NCBI GenBank assembly: GCA_963666985.2
Contig: CAXXIA010000001.1
Span: 1,376,001 to 1,440,000 of the forward strand
Reading direction: 5' to 3'
DNA: 64,000 bases
Source: Spirochaetia bacterium
GTDB lineage: Bacteria > Spirochaetota > Spirochaetia > DSM-2461
Below the pieces are notes generated by a model. That model saw only the letters and a program-made list of their open reading frames with translations, had not been told where the DNA came from and did no database searches. Shown piece after piece: positions 19,475 through 30,077 of the stretch. Made by a program: the position numbers and the translations under genes. Position 1 is the first letter of the stretch. Each line of letters opens with the position of its first letter.

Positions 19475-20269
19475 TTAAAAAATCCCCTTCTTCATATTGG
19501 TGAGTTTTCCCCTCAGCCTGCTGATGGCTTTGGTATGAAGCTGAGAAATGCGCGATTCTGTTACATCGAGGACTTTCCCAATCTCTTTGAGCGTTAAATC
19601 CTCATAGTAATAGAGTACGAGAACCTTCTTTTCCTTTTCGGGCAATTCGCTGATGGCTTCGACAATCACACGGCGTATCTCCCCTTTTTCGGCGATGGCA
19701 TCCGGCCGCAGGGAATTGGGCGATTCAATGCTTTCAACAATGGATATATTGTCGTTTTCTTCACCGGTATACCAGACATCATTAAGCGAAAGCATGGATG
19801 TGCCGCTGACTTTCAGCATCATCTGGTTGTATTGCTCCATGCTCATACCCATTTCGCCGGCCACCTCGTCGTCTTTTGCGGAACGGCCCAGCCTGGCTTC
19901 AAGATTTTGGACCGTTTCCTCAATCTCGCGCGTCTTCTGGCGGACCGATCTCGGAACCCAGTCGATGGATCTGAGCTCGTCAAAAATGGCTCCGCGGATT
20001 CTGGTAACCGCGTAAGTTTTAAATTTGACATGCTTTTCAGGATCGAATTTTTCTATGGCGTCGAACAGGCCGAAAACACCGAATCCGACCAAATCGTCAA
20101 AGTCGACGTTCTGAGGCATGCCAACGGAAACCTTCCCCGCAACATACTTAACAAGCGGTGCATACTGCTTAACAATCGTATCTCTTATGGATTGATCGCC
20201 TGTTTCACGATATTTCTTCCAAATCTCTTTTTCGGGGATTCCAGCAATTTCGATGTCGTCGTCCGCCAT
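19475..20269 (-). CDS. fliA: RNA polymerase sigma-28 factor FliA/WhiG
   Basis: [46 protein letters not shown]. Confidence 0.96.
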   Translation of the reverse strand: MADDDIEIAGIPEKEIWKKYRETGDQSIRDTIVKQYAPLVKYVAGKVSVGMPQNVDFDDLVGFGVFGLFDAIEKFDPEKHVKFKTYAVTRIRGAIFDELRSIDWVPRSVRQKTREIEETVQNLEARLGRSAKDDEVAGEMGMSMEQYNQMMLKVSGTSMLSLNDVWYTGEENDNISIVESIESPNSLRPDAIAEKGEIRRVIVEAISELPEKEKKVLVLYYYEDLTLKEIGKVLDVTESRISQLHTKAISRLRGKLTNMKKGIF

Positions 20270-20272
20270 GAG

Positions 20273-20857
20273 CTAACCTTTCTTTTCTCTTTTAATTACA
20301 GTCTGAATGGCCTGTGCAATTTCCTGTGGGTCGGTTTCCATTCCCAGCACCTCGGAAACGCTTCGAGTCGATGGAATTGAATCATCTTCAACATCCGAAA
20401 AATCCGCTGAGAATCTGTCCAAATCTCCTACATCCCCCACATTATCCTCTTCCGACGACTCCGGTTCCACGTCCGAAGCCGTATCGTTCTTTTCTTCTTG
20501 TTCGGGAATACCGCTTTCCGCTCCATCCGTATCGGAGGTTTGAGAATCGATATTCTCCGTCTCCGCCGCGGGATATCCGGGATTCTCGGCAGGCATGACG
20601 ATATCCACGTGCCTGCCTGTTCCTTCATCGTCGGATTCCGCCGCAAATGCCGTCCCGCTTTCAAAGATCTCCGGGAAGAACCGAATCATTAAGATATTCA
20701 GTCCTGCGGCAAGAACGGTGAATAAAGCACCTCCGACAAATGCTCTTACAAGCAGCATTCCAAAACGGATGCCCGAAAGACCGCCGCTTAATAGCGACAC
20801 GGCCATCGCGAGAACACCGATTGCGGCAACGAATTTCCAGCGGATACCTTCAATCAC
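20273..20857 (-). CDS. hypothetical membrane protein (2 TM plus acidic tail) between flhG and fliA
   Basis: two hydrophobic helices, acidic linker, DPQEIAQAIQT C-terminus. Confidence 0.75.
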   Translation of the reverse strand: MIEGIRWKFVAAIGVLAMAVSLLSGGLSGIRFGMLLVRAFVGGALFTVLAAGLNILMIRFFPEIFESGTAFAAESDDEGTGRHVDIVMPAENPGYPAAETENIDSQTSDTDGAESGIPEQEEKNDTASDVEPESSEEDNVGDVGDLDRFSADFSDVEDDSIPSTRSVSEVLGMETDPQEIAQAIQTVIKREKKG

Positions 20858-20880
20858 GGATTCACTGTTCCCTTAAACCC

Positions 20881-20909
20881 AGGATAGGCGACCCAAAAAA
20901 AGCCGTCAA
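20881..20909 (-). promoter_or_regulatory. putative internal sigma70 promoter upstream of hyp-fliA-fapA-...-cheA
   Basis: TTGACG-N17-TATCCT, with the -35 overlapping the flhG stop. Confidence 0.55.
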
Positions 20910-21784
20910 CTATCCAGCCTCCCGAAGAGTTTCCTTATGAAACGGGACATGCCTCCCCCCTCTCTGTATTCTACCTTCTCCAGCCTGCCGACGATATGAT
21001 GTATGCACTGCGTCGCACGAGACCGAGGATCGCTTATAATAAAAGGCTGCTGCTTCCTGACCGCGGCGGGAACCGCAGGATCATCATAAACGAATCCCAA
21101 ATAATCCACCTTAACGTTTAAAAACTGCCCCGTGATGTTAATCACACGCTGAGCGACCTTTTTCGCCTCGGTAACGCTGGAGACACGGTTTACAATAAGC
21201 TTGAGTCCCATATCCAAGTCATCGATTTCCGTGGATATGATTTTAATGATTCCATATGCATCGGTAATCGCCGTCGGTTCCGGAGTCGTCACGATCACCG
21301 CATCGTCGGCCGCTTCGATAAAAGCCAGCACGTTGGAGCTCACTCCGGCGCTCGTATCGATGATGATGATGTCGGCATCGGCCAGGGCGGTCAGTTCGCT
21401 CACGAAGCTCTTCCGCTCTTCTTCCAAAAGATTCGCGATTCGGCTGAAGCCGGACGCACCGGCGACAATCTGTATGCCGTACGGCGTATCCAGGATAATA
21501 TCCTGCATCTGCTTCTGCTTCCTGATAACGTGATAGAGATTGAACTTCGGAATTACACCCATAACCACGTTCACGTTCGCCAATCCCAAATCGGCATCAA
21601 GAACGAGAACCTTTTTTCCCAGTTTTGCGTAGGCGATGGCCATATTGATGGACATATTCGTCTTTCCGACTCCGCCTTTGCCGCTGGCAACCGCAATAAT
21701 CCGAGTTTTCTTCTCCATCGAGGGACCGGATTGTTCGGTCCGAGACTTGACGATTTCCCTGAGTTTTTCCGCTTGATCGGCCAC
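20906..21784 (-). CDS. flhG: flagellar number regulator FlhG (MinD-like ATPase)
   Basis: DQAEKLR, SGKGGVGKT, DADLGLAN, TPEPTAITDAY; GTG start. Confidence 0.93.
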   Translation of the reverse strand: MADQAEKLREIVKSRTEQSGPSMEKKTRIIAVASGKGGVGKTNMSINMAIAYAKLGKKVLVLDADLGLANVNVVMGVIPKFNLYHVIRKQKQMQDIILDTPYGIQIVAGASGFSRIANLLEEERKSFVSELTALADADIIIIDTSAGVSSNVLAFIEAADDAVIVTTPEPTAITDAYGIIKIISTEIDDLDMGLKLIVNRVSSVTEAKKVAQRVINITGQFLNVKVDYLGFVYDDPAVPAAVRKQQPFIISDPRSRATQCIHHIVGRLEKVEYREGGGMSRFIRKLFGRLDS

Positions 21785-21786
21785 AT

Positions 21787-23031
21787 CTATCTCCAATTCG
21801 CCGTCAAATCAGCGGCTTTGTAGGTATCTTTAAACGCGGATTCATCGTAATCCAGCCCGCGTACTCTCGCCAGCAGTCTCGCCGGGGAAGCCAATGAGAT
21901 GTCGACCGGCACGCTCTGGCCGTCGGTAAGATAACTCACGGAGGCTCCCGATTTTGCCAGAACGCTGATAACGTTGCCGATTCTCGATGTCTCATCAAGT
22001 TTAGTAAGGACTACCGAGGTATATCCGAACGGTTCAAACTGATCCATGATTTCTTTCAAATCCGCGGTTTTCGTCGTCGCGCTTAAAGCAAGATGCACAT
22101 CCGCCCCCTTTCCGCAGGCCGAAAGGAGATTCCTCATTTCATCAATTTTCACAACATCCCGAGGACTTTTTCCGATGGTGTCGATTAAAAGCAAGTCCGA
22201 ATCGGAAGCGAGGGCCACTTGTTTGCGAAGCTCATCATAATCGTCAACGGCCAGAACAGGGATACCCATAATCTCACCATAGGTTTCAACTTGAGCTCGG
22301 GCGCCGATTCTGAAGCTGTCCACGGTAATAATCCTGACATCGGATTTCCCCGGACCGCCGGCCAGTCCGTAAACGGCGGCCAGTTTGGCTATCGTTGTTG
22401 TTTTTCCGACTCCCGTCGGGCCGACCAGAACAAAAACGCGCGGACCGCTTTTTTCCTGTTCCGCTGAGAAAGAAATGCTCTCGGCGATGCGTTCGACGAT
22501 TGCCGTATGCACCATTTCTCGATCTTCAAGTTCGGCGGCCTTGAAATCCATCCGAAGCGATTCGATAATCTCTTCGATAAAATCGGGCTCGAAATCATTC
22601 TCTTCCAGAATCCGGACGGCTTCGGAGAGAACGGGAAAACGCTCGGGCGGCGGAGTTGAAGCGGCAACGGCCAAGTGGGACTTTAAATCCCTGAGTTCCC
22701 TTAAAACGTCGGTTATGCCTTCGGAATCATTCGCCGAATCGTCTTTCGAAGGAATTTCGGCCGGACTTCGAGCAATCCGATCCGATTTTCCCGCCGACGC
22801 GAGAATGGCGGCCCGCGCCTGTTCATCACGATTTTTCCGAATCGCCGCGGCCTCATCCCCCGTGGCGACATACCCCGAACATTCCACCTGTTCTTTGCCG
22901 AGCCATCCCCTGATGCCCGAAGCCGGAACGTTTTTTTCCACCAGGATTCTCACCTGCTCGCCGTATTTGCTGTGTATTCGGTTGATCACCTCGTCTCGGG
23001 TGTCGCCCCGTTCATGAAAGTAGCGCGGCAT
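21787..23031 (-). CDS. flhF: flagellar SRP-family GTPase FlhF
   Basis: [31 protein letters not shown]. Confidence 0.93.
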   Translation of the reverse strand: MPRYFHERGDTRDEVINRIHSKYGEQVRILVEKNVPASGIRGWLGKEQVECSGYVATGDEAAAIRKNRDEQARAAILASAGKSDRIARSPAEIPSKDDSANDSEGITDVLRELRDLKSHLAVAASTPPPERFPVLSEAVRILEENDFEPDFIEEIIESLRMDFKAAELEDREMVHTAIVERIAESISFSAEQEKSGPRVFVLVGPTGVGKTTTIAKLAAVYGLAGGPGKSDVRIITVDSFRIGARAQVETYGEIMGIPVLAVDDYDELRKQVALASDSDLLLIDTIGKSPRDVVKIDEMRNLLSACGKGADVHLALSATTKTADLKEIMDQFEPFGYTSVVLTKLDETSRIGNVISVLAKSGASVSYLTDGQSVPVDISLASPARLLARVRGLDYDESAFKDTYKAADLTANWR

Positions 23032-25115
23032 CAAGAATCTCCTATACGAATCTCGCCGAGGGATTCAATGGAAATCCCCTCGGCAATCTCCGGTACCGAC
23101 AATATGACAAGGTCCGGTAAATCTCGGACCGTTGTTGAACGCACCAGGGCCCTGGCCGCTTCGCTGCAAAGTATAACGGGCCATCCGCCTGTGTCACGAG
23201 CCTCTTTTACGGTGTTCGCGACCGCATTAATCCAAGCCCTCTGGAACGCGGGCTCCATCGCCGCGATATCGCCGGAGGCCGTTTCCGTTCTGGAATCGAT
23301 AATGGCTTTCTCCACCCTTGGATCGATGGTAAGCACCGGAAGCTTCCTCTCTTCATCGGCATACTGCAGACAAATCTGCCGCCCCAGAGCCTGGCGTGAT
23401 TTTTCGATGAGAAAACCGGTATCTTTCGAAATCGATGCGTAGTCTCCCATCGTCTCCAAAATCGCCACAAGATTCCGAATACTCACCTGCTCGGAGAGAA
23501 GTCCCTGGAGAATCTTCTGAATCTGTCCCAAAGAAAATTCCTTGGTTATTTCTTCGACAACCGCGGAATAATCGGACTTCAACGTATCGAGCATAGCCCT
23601 GATTTCCTGACGGCCCAGGATTTCTCCCGCATGTCTTTTAAGAATTTCAGTCAGATGCGTGGCGATGATGGACGGACCGTCCACGACCGTATAGCCGGCC
23701 CTTTCGGCACTTTCACGGCCGCTTTCCGAAATCCATGTCGCCGGCAGTCCGAACGCCGGATCCGTTGCGGGTTCTCCGTCGAGCTTGGTCCTTTCCCCGC
23801 CGGGATTGATGGCCAGAAAATGATTCATGCGGATAATTCCGCGCCCCACTTCCGTTCCCCGGAGTTTAAAGGCGTATTCCGAAGGCTCTAAACGCATATT
23901 GTCCATAATACGGATTCGCGGAACAACAAGACCCAAATCGAGGGCCGCTTCCTTGCGGATTCTGGTAACCCGCTCAAGAAGTTCCGCTCCCTGATCTTTA
24001 TCCACCAAAGGAATTAAACCGAATCCTAATTCCAAAGAAACCGGATCCAGAGGAACAACCGGTGAAATTTCCTGAGGCTCGGTACTCTCCGGTTTCTCCG
24101 TCTGAGCGGCTCCCTCTTCGGCCTTTTCCTTTCGGCTCAATCTCCAGGCAAGAAAACCGATCAGCCCGCCCAGCGGAAGCATGATGTACCAGGGAAATCC
24201 GGGGAGGATTCCCATAACGACCAGAAAGCCCGCCGCGACATAATAAATCCGCGACTGCCGTGAAAACTGTTCCTGGACATCGGTTCCGAAGCTTCCTTCA
24301 CTGATGGAGCGGGTCACGATAAGACCCGTGGCGACCGAAACCAGAAGAACGGGAATCTGTGAAACCAAGCCGTCACCGATTGTCAACGAAACATAGGTGG
24401 TCAGGGCATCCTGAATCGGCTCGCCGTGAATGGTGGTTCCGACGATCAGTCCGCCGACAATATTCACCAGCGTAATAACGATACTGACCTTTACCGTTCC
24501 GCTGATGAATTTGGTGGCACCGTCCATGGAACCGTAAAAATTAACCGAATCATCAAGATGCTTTTTACGGCGCCTCATTTCCTCTTCCGTAATGGCGCCG
24601 GAACTGTATTCGGAATCGATGGCCATTTGCTTCGCCGGGAGTCCGTCCAATGCGAACCTGGCCGCCACTTCCGAAACCCGTGTGGATCCCTTTGTAATAA
24701 CCATGAACTGCACGGCCACAAGAATGATGAAAATGATCAGTCCGATAACAAGGCCTTGCGTTCCTTCGGAACCGACGACGAAGGTAGAGAAGGCCCTGAC
24801 AATCGCACCGTCGAACTTACTTCCGAGCTTGAGAATAAGACGCGTGGAAGAAACGTTGAGCGCCAGCCCGAACACCGTTGAAATAAGCAGAATCGTCGGA
24901 AACAGAGAAAACTCAAGCGGATCTTTGTTGTAGAGAACCAGCAAGATAATGAGGAGTGAAAGCGTCAAGTTGAGCGCCATCAGAAGGTCGAGAATCACGG
25001 TGGGCAAAGGAATGATCAGCATCATAACGATGAAAACCACGCCCACGGCGATAATGATATCGCCCCGCTGACGGCCGAAAACGCTTCGGAACGTATTTAA
25101 CGTTGCGTCAGCCAT
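23031..25115 (-). CDS. flhA: flagellar export gate protein FlhA
   Basis: LALNVSSTRLIL, EVAARFALDGLP, FYGSMDGA, LTIGDGLVSQIP. Confidence 0.96.
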   Translation of the reverse strand: MADATLNTFRSVFGRQRGDIIIAVGVVFIVMMLIIPLPTVILDLLMALNLTLSLLIILLVLYNKDPLEFSLFPTILLISTVFGLALNVSSTRLILKLGSKFDGAIVRAFSTFVVGSEGTQGLVIGLIIFIILVAVQFMVITKGSTRVSEVAARFALDGLPAKQMAIDSEYSSGAITEEEMRRRKKHLDDSVNFYGSMDGATKFISGTVKVSIVITLVNIVGGLIVGTTIHGEPIQDALTTYVSLTIGDGLVSQIPVLLVSVATGLIVTRSISEGSFGTDVQEQFSRQSRIYYVAAGFLVVMGILPGFPWYIMLPLGGLIGFLAWRLSRKEKAEEGAAQTEKPESTEPQEISPVVPLDPVSLELGFGLIPLVDKDQGAELLERVTRIRKEAALDLGLVVPRIRIMDNMRLEPSEYAFKLRGTEVGRGIIRMNHFLAINPGGERTKLDGEPATDPAFGLPATWISESGRESAERAGYTVVDGPSIIATHLTEILKRHAGEILGRQEIRAMLDTLKSDYSAVVEEITKEFSLGQIQKILQGLLSEQVSIRNLVAILETMGDYASISKDTGFLIEKSRQALGRQICLQYADEERKLPVLTIDPRVEKAIIDSRTETASGDIAAMEPAFQRAWINAVANTVKEARDTGGWPVILCSEAARALVRSTTVRDLPDLVILSVPEIAEGISIESLGEIRIGDS

Positions 25116-25182
25116 AAGGTCCTCCGTTCAAGCAAGCCCGTCAAAGGCCCGCTTTTCTTTCCCGCCGGTGCGCTCATCAACA

Positions 25183-26340
25183 TCACACGGCCCTCCCGTT
25201 CAGCCGATACACCTCGGCAAGAACCACGGAAACAACGTCCCAGTATTCCTCGGGTATTTCATCACCGAGTTCCACATTGTCATAAAGAGCCCGAGCCAAA
25301 GGACGATTTTCCACCATGGGAACGTCGGCCTCGCGCGCTATCTCCTTGATTCGAAGCGCCATATTATCCTGCCCCTTGGCGGTAACTTTCGGGGCATGCA
25401 TTGTCCGGTTATCCCATTTAAGAGCGATGGCGAAATGCGTCGGGTTGGTTACGACGACATCGGCTTCGGGAACCTGACGCACCATGGATGAGGCGAGAAC
25501 CTCCTGCATTCTTTGTCTCAGGCGGCTCTTAATCAGAGGATCTCCTTCGGTTTCCTTATATTCTTCCTTGATTTCATGCTTCGACATTTTCAAAGACTCT
25601 TTATGCTGCCGCCGCTGGAAAAAATAATCCGGAACGGCGAACACCAAAAGGAGCACCGCCGTTTCAAGCATGAGCCGAACGGCAATCCCGCCGACGAGAG
25701 TCATGGCCCGAAGCGGCGTGAGCTTCACGGCGCTTACGAGCCGCGGAATTTCTGATTTGATGTTCACATAGGCCAGAATCGCGATGATGGCCACTTTGGC
25801 GATGGATTTAAACAAGTTGAACATCGCTTCGGCGGAAAAAAAGGATTTCTGCGCCCATTTGGCGAAGTTCGGTGAAATTTTGGTAAAATCCGGCGTTATG
25901 GGCTTTGTGGAGAACAAAAACCCCACCTGCACGACATTTCCGAGAAAAGCGGCGATAAAACACACGCCCATTACCGGCATAGCAAGCCTGAGAAGATAAT
26001 TCCCCACGGCGGCCAAAGCGGCCGAAGTATTCCTCGGCTGAGCTACGGCCAAAGTAATAAAATAGCGGATCATTTCGGCCGAAATCAGAACGATACGGCG
26101 CGAATAAATCAGCAGGGTAATCAGTCCGAAAAGCATTACCAGCGCGGAGGTTATATCGCTTGACTTGGCAACCTTGCCTTCTTCACGGGCCTTCCTGATT
26201 TTTCGTTCGGTCGGATCTTCGGTACGGCCTTCATCCTCCGGAGCGAACCACTGCAGATGGATTCCGAAACGTTCATCCTCCGCAAGAGCGGGAACGGAAA
26301 CGGCGTATGTCCCATACGGAACTCCGTTATATGCGCTCAC
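25183..26340 (-). CDS. flhB: flagellar export protein FlhB
   Basis: RTEDPTERK, EGDP, TNPTH autocleavage motif; GTG start overlapping the fliR stop (GTGA). Confidence 0.94.
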   Translation of the reverse strand: MSAYNGVPYGTYAVSVPALAEDERFGIHLQWFAPEDEGRTEDPTERKIRKAREEGKVAKSSDITSALVMLFGLITLLIYSRRIVLISAEMIRYFITLAVAQPRNTSAALAAVGNYLLRLAMPVMGVCFIAAFLGNVVQVGFLFSTKPITPDFTKISPNFAKWAQKSFFSAEAMFNLFKSIAKVAIIAILAYVNIKSEIPRLVSAVKLTPLRAMTLVGGIAVRLMLETAVLLLVFAVPDYFFQRRQHKESLKMSKHEIKEEYKETEGDPLIKSRLRQRMQEVLASSMVRQVPEADVVVTNPTHFAIALKWDNRTMHAPKVTAKGQDNMALRIKEIAREADVPMVENRPLARALYDNVELGDEIPEEYWDVVSVVLAEVYRLNGRAV

Positions 26341-27134
26341 GGAAGAACCTCCTGAGTCGCCCGCAGATAGGACTCGATCATTCCGTATCCCATATCGATG
26401 AGCTGAGACATCTTCTCCGCGATAAAGGGTGTCGCGATTAAAAGAATAAGGAAACCGACGCCGATCTGTATCGGGAATCCGACCATCAGAAGGTTCATCT
26501 GCGGTGCCGCTTTGGCCAGAAGGCCCATGGTTACGGAGATAAGAACCAAAGTTCCCAAAATGGGAAAAGCGAGAATTAACGATTGTTCGAACAGTCCGCC
26601 GACGGCCCGTATGAACGTTTCCCTCAAAAAGTCCCCGGCGGCCAGGAAATCGGTTCCTTTGAGCACGCGGAACGATCCGGCCAATCCGGTTAAAAAAAGT
26701 TTCTGCATTCCTCCCACCGCGAGAAACACCGCCAAACCGATCAGATTCAGAAACTGACCGATTAATGGAATCTCGACTTGAGCCAAAGGATCGTATACCT
26801 GCGAAGCGCCGAATCCCATTTGGAACGAAAACAGCTGTCCGGCCGTCTGAAAAACGGCGAATATAATCTGAAGAAAAAGCCCCATCATGATTCCGAGGGC
26901 AATCTCGGCGATAAGAACCATGGCGTATCCCAATCCGGATTCGGGAAGCAGGCCGTAAGAATCGCCGACCAATGAGAAAAACATCATTGAGGAGAAAAAG
27001 GCCAAAGCACCTCTGGCCAAGGGAGGAATGGCGCTCGACGAAGTCAAAGGCGCCGTGCGCAAAAGCGCCGCGACCCTTGCGAAGACGACTAAGTACAGCC
27101 GTGCCCCGTCGATCAGAACACTCCAATCCGTCAT
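26337..27134 (-). CDS. fliR: flagellar export protein FliR
   Basis: AGQLFSFQMGF, YDP, KAAPQMNLLMVGFP. Confidence 0.93.
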   Translation of the reverse strand: MTDWSVLIDGARLYLVVFARVAALLRTAPLTSSSAIPPLARGALAFFSSMMFFSLVGDSYGLLPESGLGYAMVLIAEIALGIMMGLFLQIIFAVFQTAGQLFSFQMGFGASQVYDPLAQVEIPLIGQFLNLIGLAVFLAVGGMQKLFLTGLAGSFRVLKGTDFLAAGDFLRETFIRAVGGLFEQSLILAFPILGTLVLISVTMGLLAKAAPQMNLLMVGFPIQIGVGFLILLIATPFIAEKMSQLIDMGYGMIESYLRATQEVLP

Positions 27135-27400
27135 TTAGCCAGATCCGGAATCCTCTCGAAGAGGATTGTCGTAAACGAAGTCAGCCGAGTAATCATCCAT
27201 CCGAAAAGCGCCGCGAGGACGCCGAGAATGGCGAGAATCTTCGGTACGAAAGAAAGCGTCTGATCCTGAATACTCGTCGTGGCCTGAATAATTGAAATAA
27301 TAAGACCGACGGCCATGGCGACAAGCAGAACCGGCGCCGATACGGTCAGAATGACGGTAACGGCCGATCTTACCAATTCGACGATATTGCCTAAATCCAC
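27131..27400 (-). CDS. fliQ: flagellar export protein FliQ
   Basis: QATTSIQDQTLSFVPK. Confidence 0.95.
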   Translation of the reverse strand: MDLGNIVELVRSAVTVILTVSAPVLLVAMAVGLIISIIQATTSIQDQTLSFVPKILAILGVLAALFGWMITRLTSFTTILFERIPDLAK

Positions 27401-27411
27401 CCGGCTCCTCC

Positions 27412-28218
27412 TTAGTTAAAACTCAGTACAATCTGCCTGACCAGCAGAGTCCAACCGTCCACCAAAACAAACAAAATCAATTTAAAGGGCATGGAAATCA
27501 TAACCGGCGGAAGCATAATCATTCCCATGGACATCAGCACCGACGCCACAACCATATCGATGATGATGAAGGGGACATAAAGATAAATTCCGATCCGAAA
27601 CGCCACCGTCAGTTCATGAAGCACAAACGCCGGAATCAGCACATAAGTGGGTACATCGGCGAACGTTCTCGGCTTTTCCAAACCCGACAAATTCATGAAC
27701 ATCGTGATATTCCCGATATCGCCGTCCATCTGCCGATACATGAAATATCTCACAGGAGCGATGGCCCTGTTATAGAGCTCGTCGGTTTGAATCTCTCCCT
27801 CGGAGAATGGAACGAACGCTTCCTCATACACCGAGGTAAACGTCGGAAACATAATAAACAGCGTAAGAAACAGCGCGATTCCCATCAAAACGGTGTTCGG
27901 AGGAACCTGCTGAAGCGAAAGCGCCCTTTTAACGAAATCAAGAACAATGGCGATACGCAGAAAGCTCGTTAAAAGAACGGCCAGCGACGGCGCGAGGCTG
28001 ATAACCGTCAGAAGAAGAAGGAGCTGGATGGAGAGCGCCGTCTCTTTATTGCTCTCCGGTTCCCTAATGGTTAAATCGACAAAAGGAATCGGAAGACCTC
28101 CGGCGGTTCCGATACCCTGCCCGCCTTCCCCGAGAGCGGCCGTTTCTTCCTGCGCGAAAAGCCCGGAGGGAAGAACGGCGAGAAAAAGAACGGCCCCAAT
28201 AATGATTCGCTTTTTCAT
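27412..28218 (-). CDS. fliP: flagellar export protein FliP
   Basis: TSFLRI, QQVPPN, MGMIMLPP, PFKLILFVLVDGW. Confidence 0.96.
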   Translation of the reverse strand: MKKRIIIGAVLFLAVLPSGLFAQEETAALGEGGQGIGTAGGLPIPFVDLTIREPESNKETALSIQLLLLLTVISLAPSLAVLLTSFLRIAIVLDFVKRALSLQQVPPNTVLMGIALFLTLFIMFPTFTSVYEEAFVPFSEGEIQTDELYNRAIAPVRYFMYRQMDGDIGNITMFMNLSGLEKPRTFADVPTYVLIPAFVLHELTVAFRIGIYLYVPFIIIDMVVASVLMSMGMIMLPPVMISMPFKLILFVLVDGWTLLVRQIVLSFN

Positions 28219-28865
28219 AAGTCTTTCAGCCGCTCCCGCTGACGCTTCAAATAAGAGGCGGGATCTTCGGCGGATTCTTCGGAAACGGACGAACCATTTT
28301 CCTCAAATCCCGAAGGAGAAGGACCTATTCCGAATTTATCTTTAAAGAGTCGGGCGAAACCGCCCTGAACAGGGCCGGGAGCGCGAGAAATCGCAAGTCT
28401 GACCGCGTCCACGGATTCCTTGTCGTCAATCTCCGAAACAAGATTAACCGTATTTCCTCCGCTTCCCACGAGGAAAATACGGCTGCCCACCTCAACAAGA
28501 TGCAGCGCCGCATCTCCTTTAAGCGGCCGTGTGGAAAGAAGCCTGATGGCGTCTTCCCTTTCGGCCTTAACGCCGGCGAACCTCTTGAGCATCCAGAAAA
28601 AACCGTAAATAAGAGCGATTACAAGGCCGAGAACCAGAATCATTTTGGCGAAATCGCCGAAACCGATGCCGGGGAGTTCCGTCCTGCCGTTATCGATTGG
28701 CTCGGCCTCGCCGCCGGAAGGCGAATTCGAGGGCGATTCCAGCAGAAGTTCGGTCTCCGGCGGCCGTTGAGAATTATTCTTTTCGGAATTTGCATCGCCC
28801 GCTTCCTGAGCACCTGCCGTCAGACAGACCGCGAGTAAAGCGAGCGTCAGCACTTGAGTCTTCAG
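28215..28865 (-). CDS. fliO: flagellar biogenesis protein FliO (spirochaete FliZ)
   Basis: signal peptide, TM, LHLVEVG...FLVG; between fliY and fliP; start CTG 28865 or GTG 28853. Confidence 0.8.
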   Translation of the reverse strand: MKTQVLTLALLAVCLTAGAQEAGDANSEKNNSQRPPETELLLESPSNSPSGGEAEPIDNGRTELPGIGFGDFAKMILVLGLVIALIYGFFWMLKRFAGVKAEREDAIRLLSTRPLKGDAALHLVEVGSRIFLVGSGGNTVNLVSEIDDKESVDAVRLAISRAPGPVQGGFARLFKDKFGIGPSPSGFEENGSSVSEESAEDPASYLKRQRERLKDL

Positions 28866-28931
28866 TTTTCCCCTCCCAGTTCAACCGGCGTCCGCCCTTC
28901 CCCCGACGGGCGCCGACCACCTTTGGTTACA

Positions 28932-30077
28932 TCATCGCTCGGTCATCCTATCTATCGTCGATACAATTTCCGTGACGCGTACGCCGAAGTTCTCGTCGAT
29001 AACGACAACTTCGCCCCGTGCGATGAGATTATTATTCACCAAAATATCAACCGGTTCTCCGGCGAGTTTATCCAATTCGATAATGGTTCCCTCGCCCATT
29101 CCCAGAATATCTTTAATTTTCCATTTGGTACGGCCCAGTTCAACGGTAAGCTCCATGGAGACATCCATGAGAAGGCCGATATTCCGCTGTTCCCCGACGC
29201 TCATCGTAGGGTTCAGTTCGGGAAGCTGGACTCCTTGAACATTCGGTGCCGGCTGCATTCCAAAACCTCCCATCATCGGATTTCCCATTTGCTGAGCTCC
29301 CATGCTCTGCGGCATTTGCTGAAAGCCGCCCATGGGAACTCCGGGCTGCTGCATCCGCATTCCGCCGCCCATCGCCGCCGCCATTTGGTCCATACCCAAG
29401 CCCCCCGAGGCCGGAGCGCCCGCAGGTGCCGCGGCAACACCCAATTTCCCGGCGAGTTCGTTTATAATCGCCTTATCAAAAACTTCATAGAGCTTCAGAC
29501 TTCCCTGTCCCTCGATCTGCAAATCGTAGGTAATAAGGATAAAGCTGTCTCCGGGAAGACCGATCATGGCCTTGGGAACGCTTTGTCCTTCGGGGGATTC
29601 GGTCAGGATGGTTTCCCCGACGCTGTCGCCTATCGTTGTTACGGCCGAACCGGTTATTTGGCTCATGGCTTCGCTGACGGCGCTGATTGCCGTACCGTCG
29701 AGCTCCAGATCGTCCTGTCCGATCATGGGAGCGGCGATCTTCAACGCGTCCTCTCCCCGGATAACGTAAAGGTGCGGACCGACGATTCCGCTTTTATAGT
29801 CGATTTTTATCTCCACCACCTCATCGGGCAAGTCGGAGAGAAAAGTTTCCCGCTCCATTTCGTCGAAGCGGGGCGCTCCGACCGTTACGCTCTTCACCAT
29901 GATTCCGGAGAGGGTGGCGCTCTGCGCTCCGGTTACCTCACCGAGAAGGCCGAGAACGGCATTCTTCTGAGCATCGCCGAACCCTCCGCCGGCATGCGCG
30001 GCCGGAGAACTCTCGGCGGGTGCATCGCCCATCAAGAGAGCATCAATTTCATCTTGGGAGAGAGAGCCGTCACTCAT
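28932..30077 (-). CDS. fliY: flagellar switch protein FliY (CheC-like plus FliN domain)
   Basis: LSQDEIDALL N-terminus; LMDVSMELTVELG, GEVVVIDENFGVRV. Confidence 0.92.
   Translation of the reverse strand: MSDGSLSQDEIDALLMGDAPAESSPAAHAGGGFGDAQKNAVLGLLGEVTGAQSATLSGIMVKSVTVGAPRFDEMERETFLSDLPDEVVEIKIDYKSGIVGPHLYVIRGEDALKIAAPMIGQDDLELDGTAISAVSEAMSQITGSAVTTIGDSVGETILTESPEGQSVPKAMIGLPGDSFILITYDLQIEGQGSLKLYEVFDKAIINELAGKLGVAAAPAGAPASGGLGMDQMAAAMGGGMRMQQPGVPMGGFQQMPQSMGAQQMGNPMMGGFGMQPAPNVQGVQLPELNPTMSVGEQRNIGLLMDVSMELTVELGRTKWKIKDILGMGEGTIIELDKLAGEPVDILVNNNLIARGEVVVIDENFGVRVTEIVSTIDRMTER

Noticed and set aside
26341..27126. N-terminal extension making FlhB 647 aa
   Set aside because: It overlaps fliR in another frame; a GTG at 26340 overlapping the fliR stop gives a normal-length FlhB.
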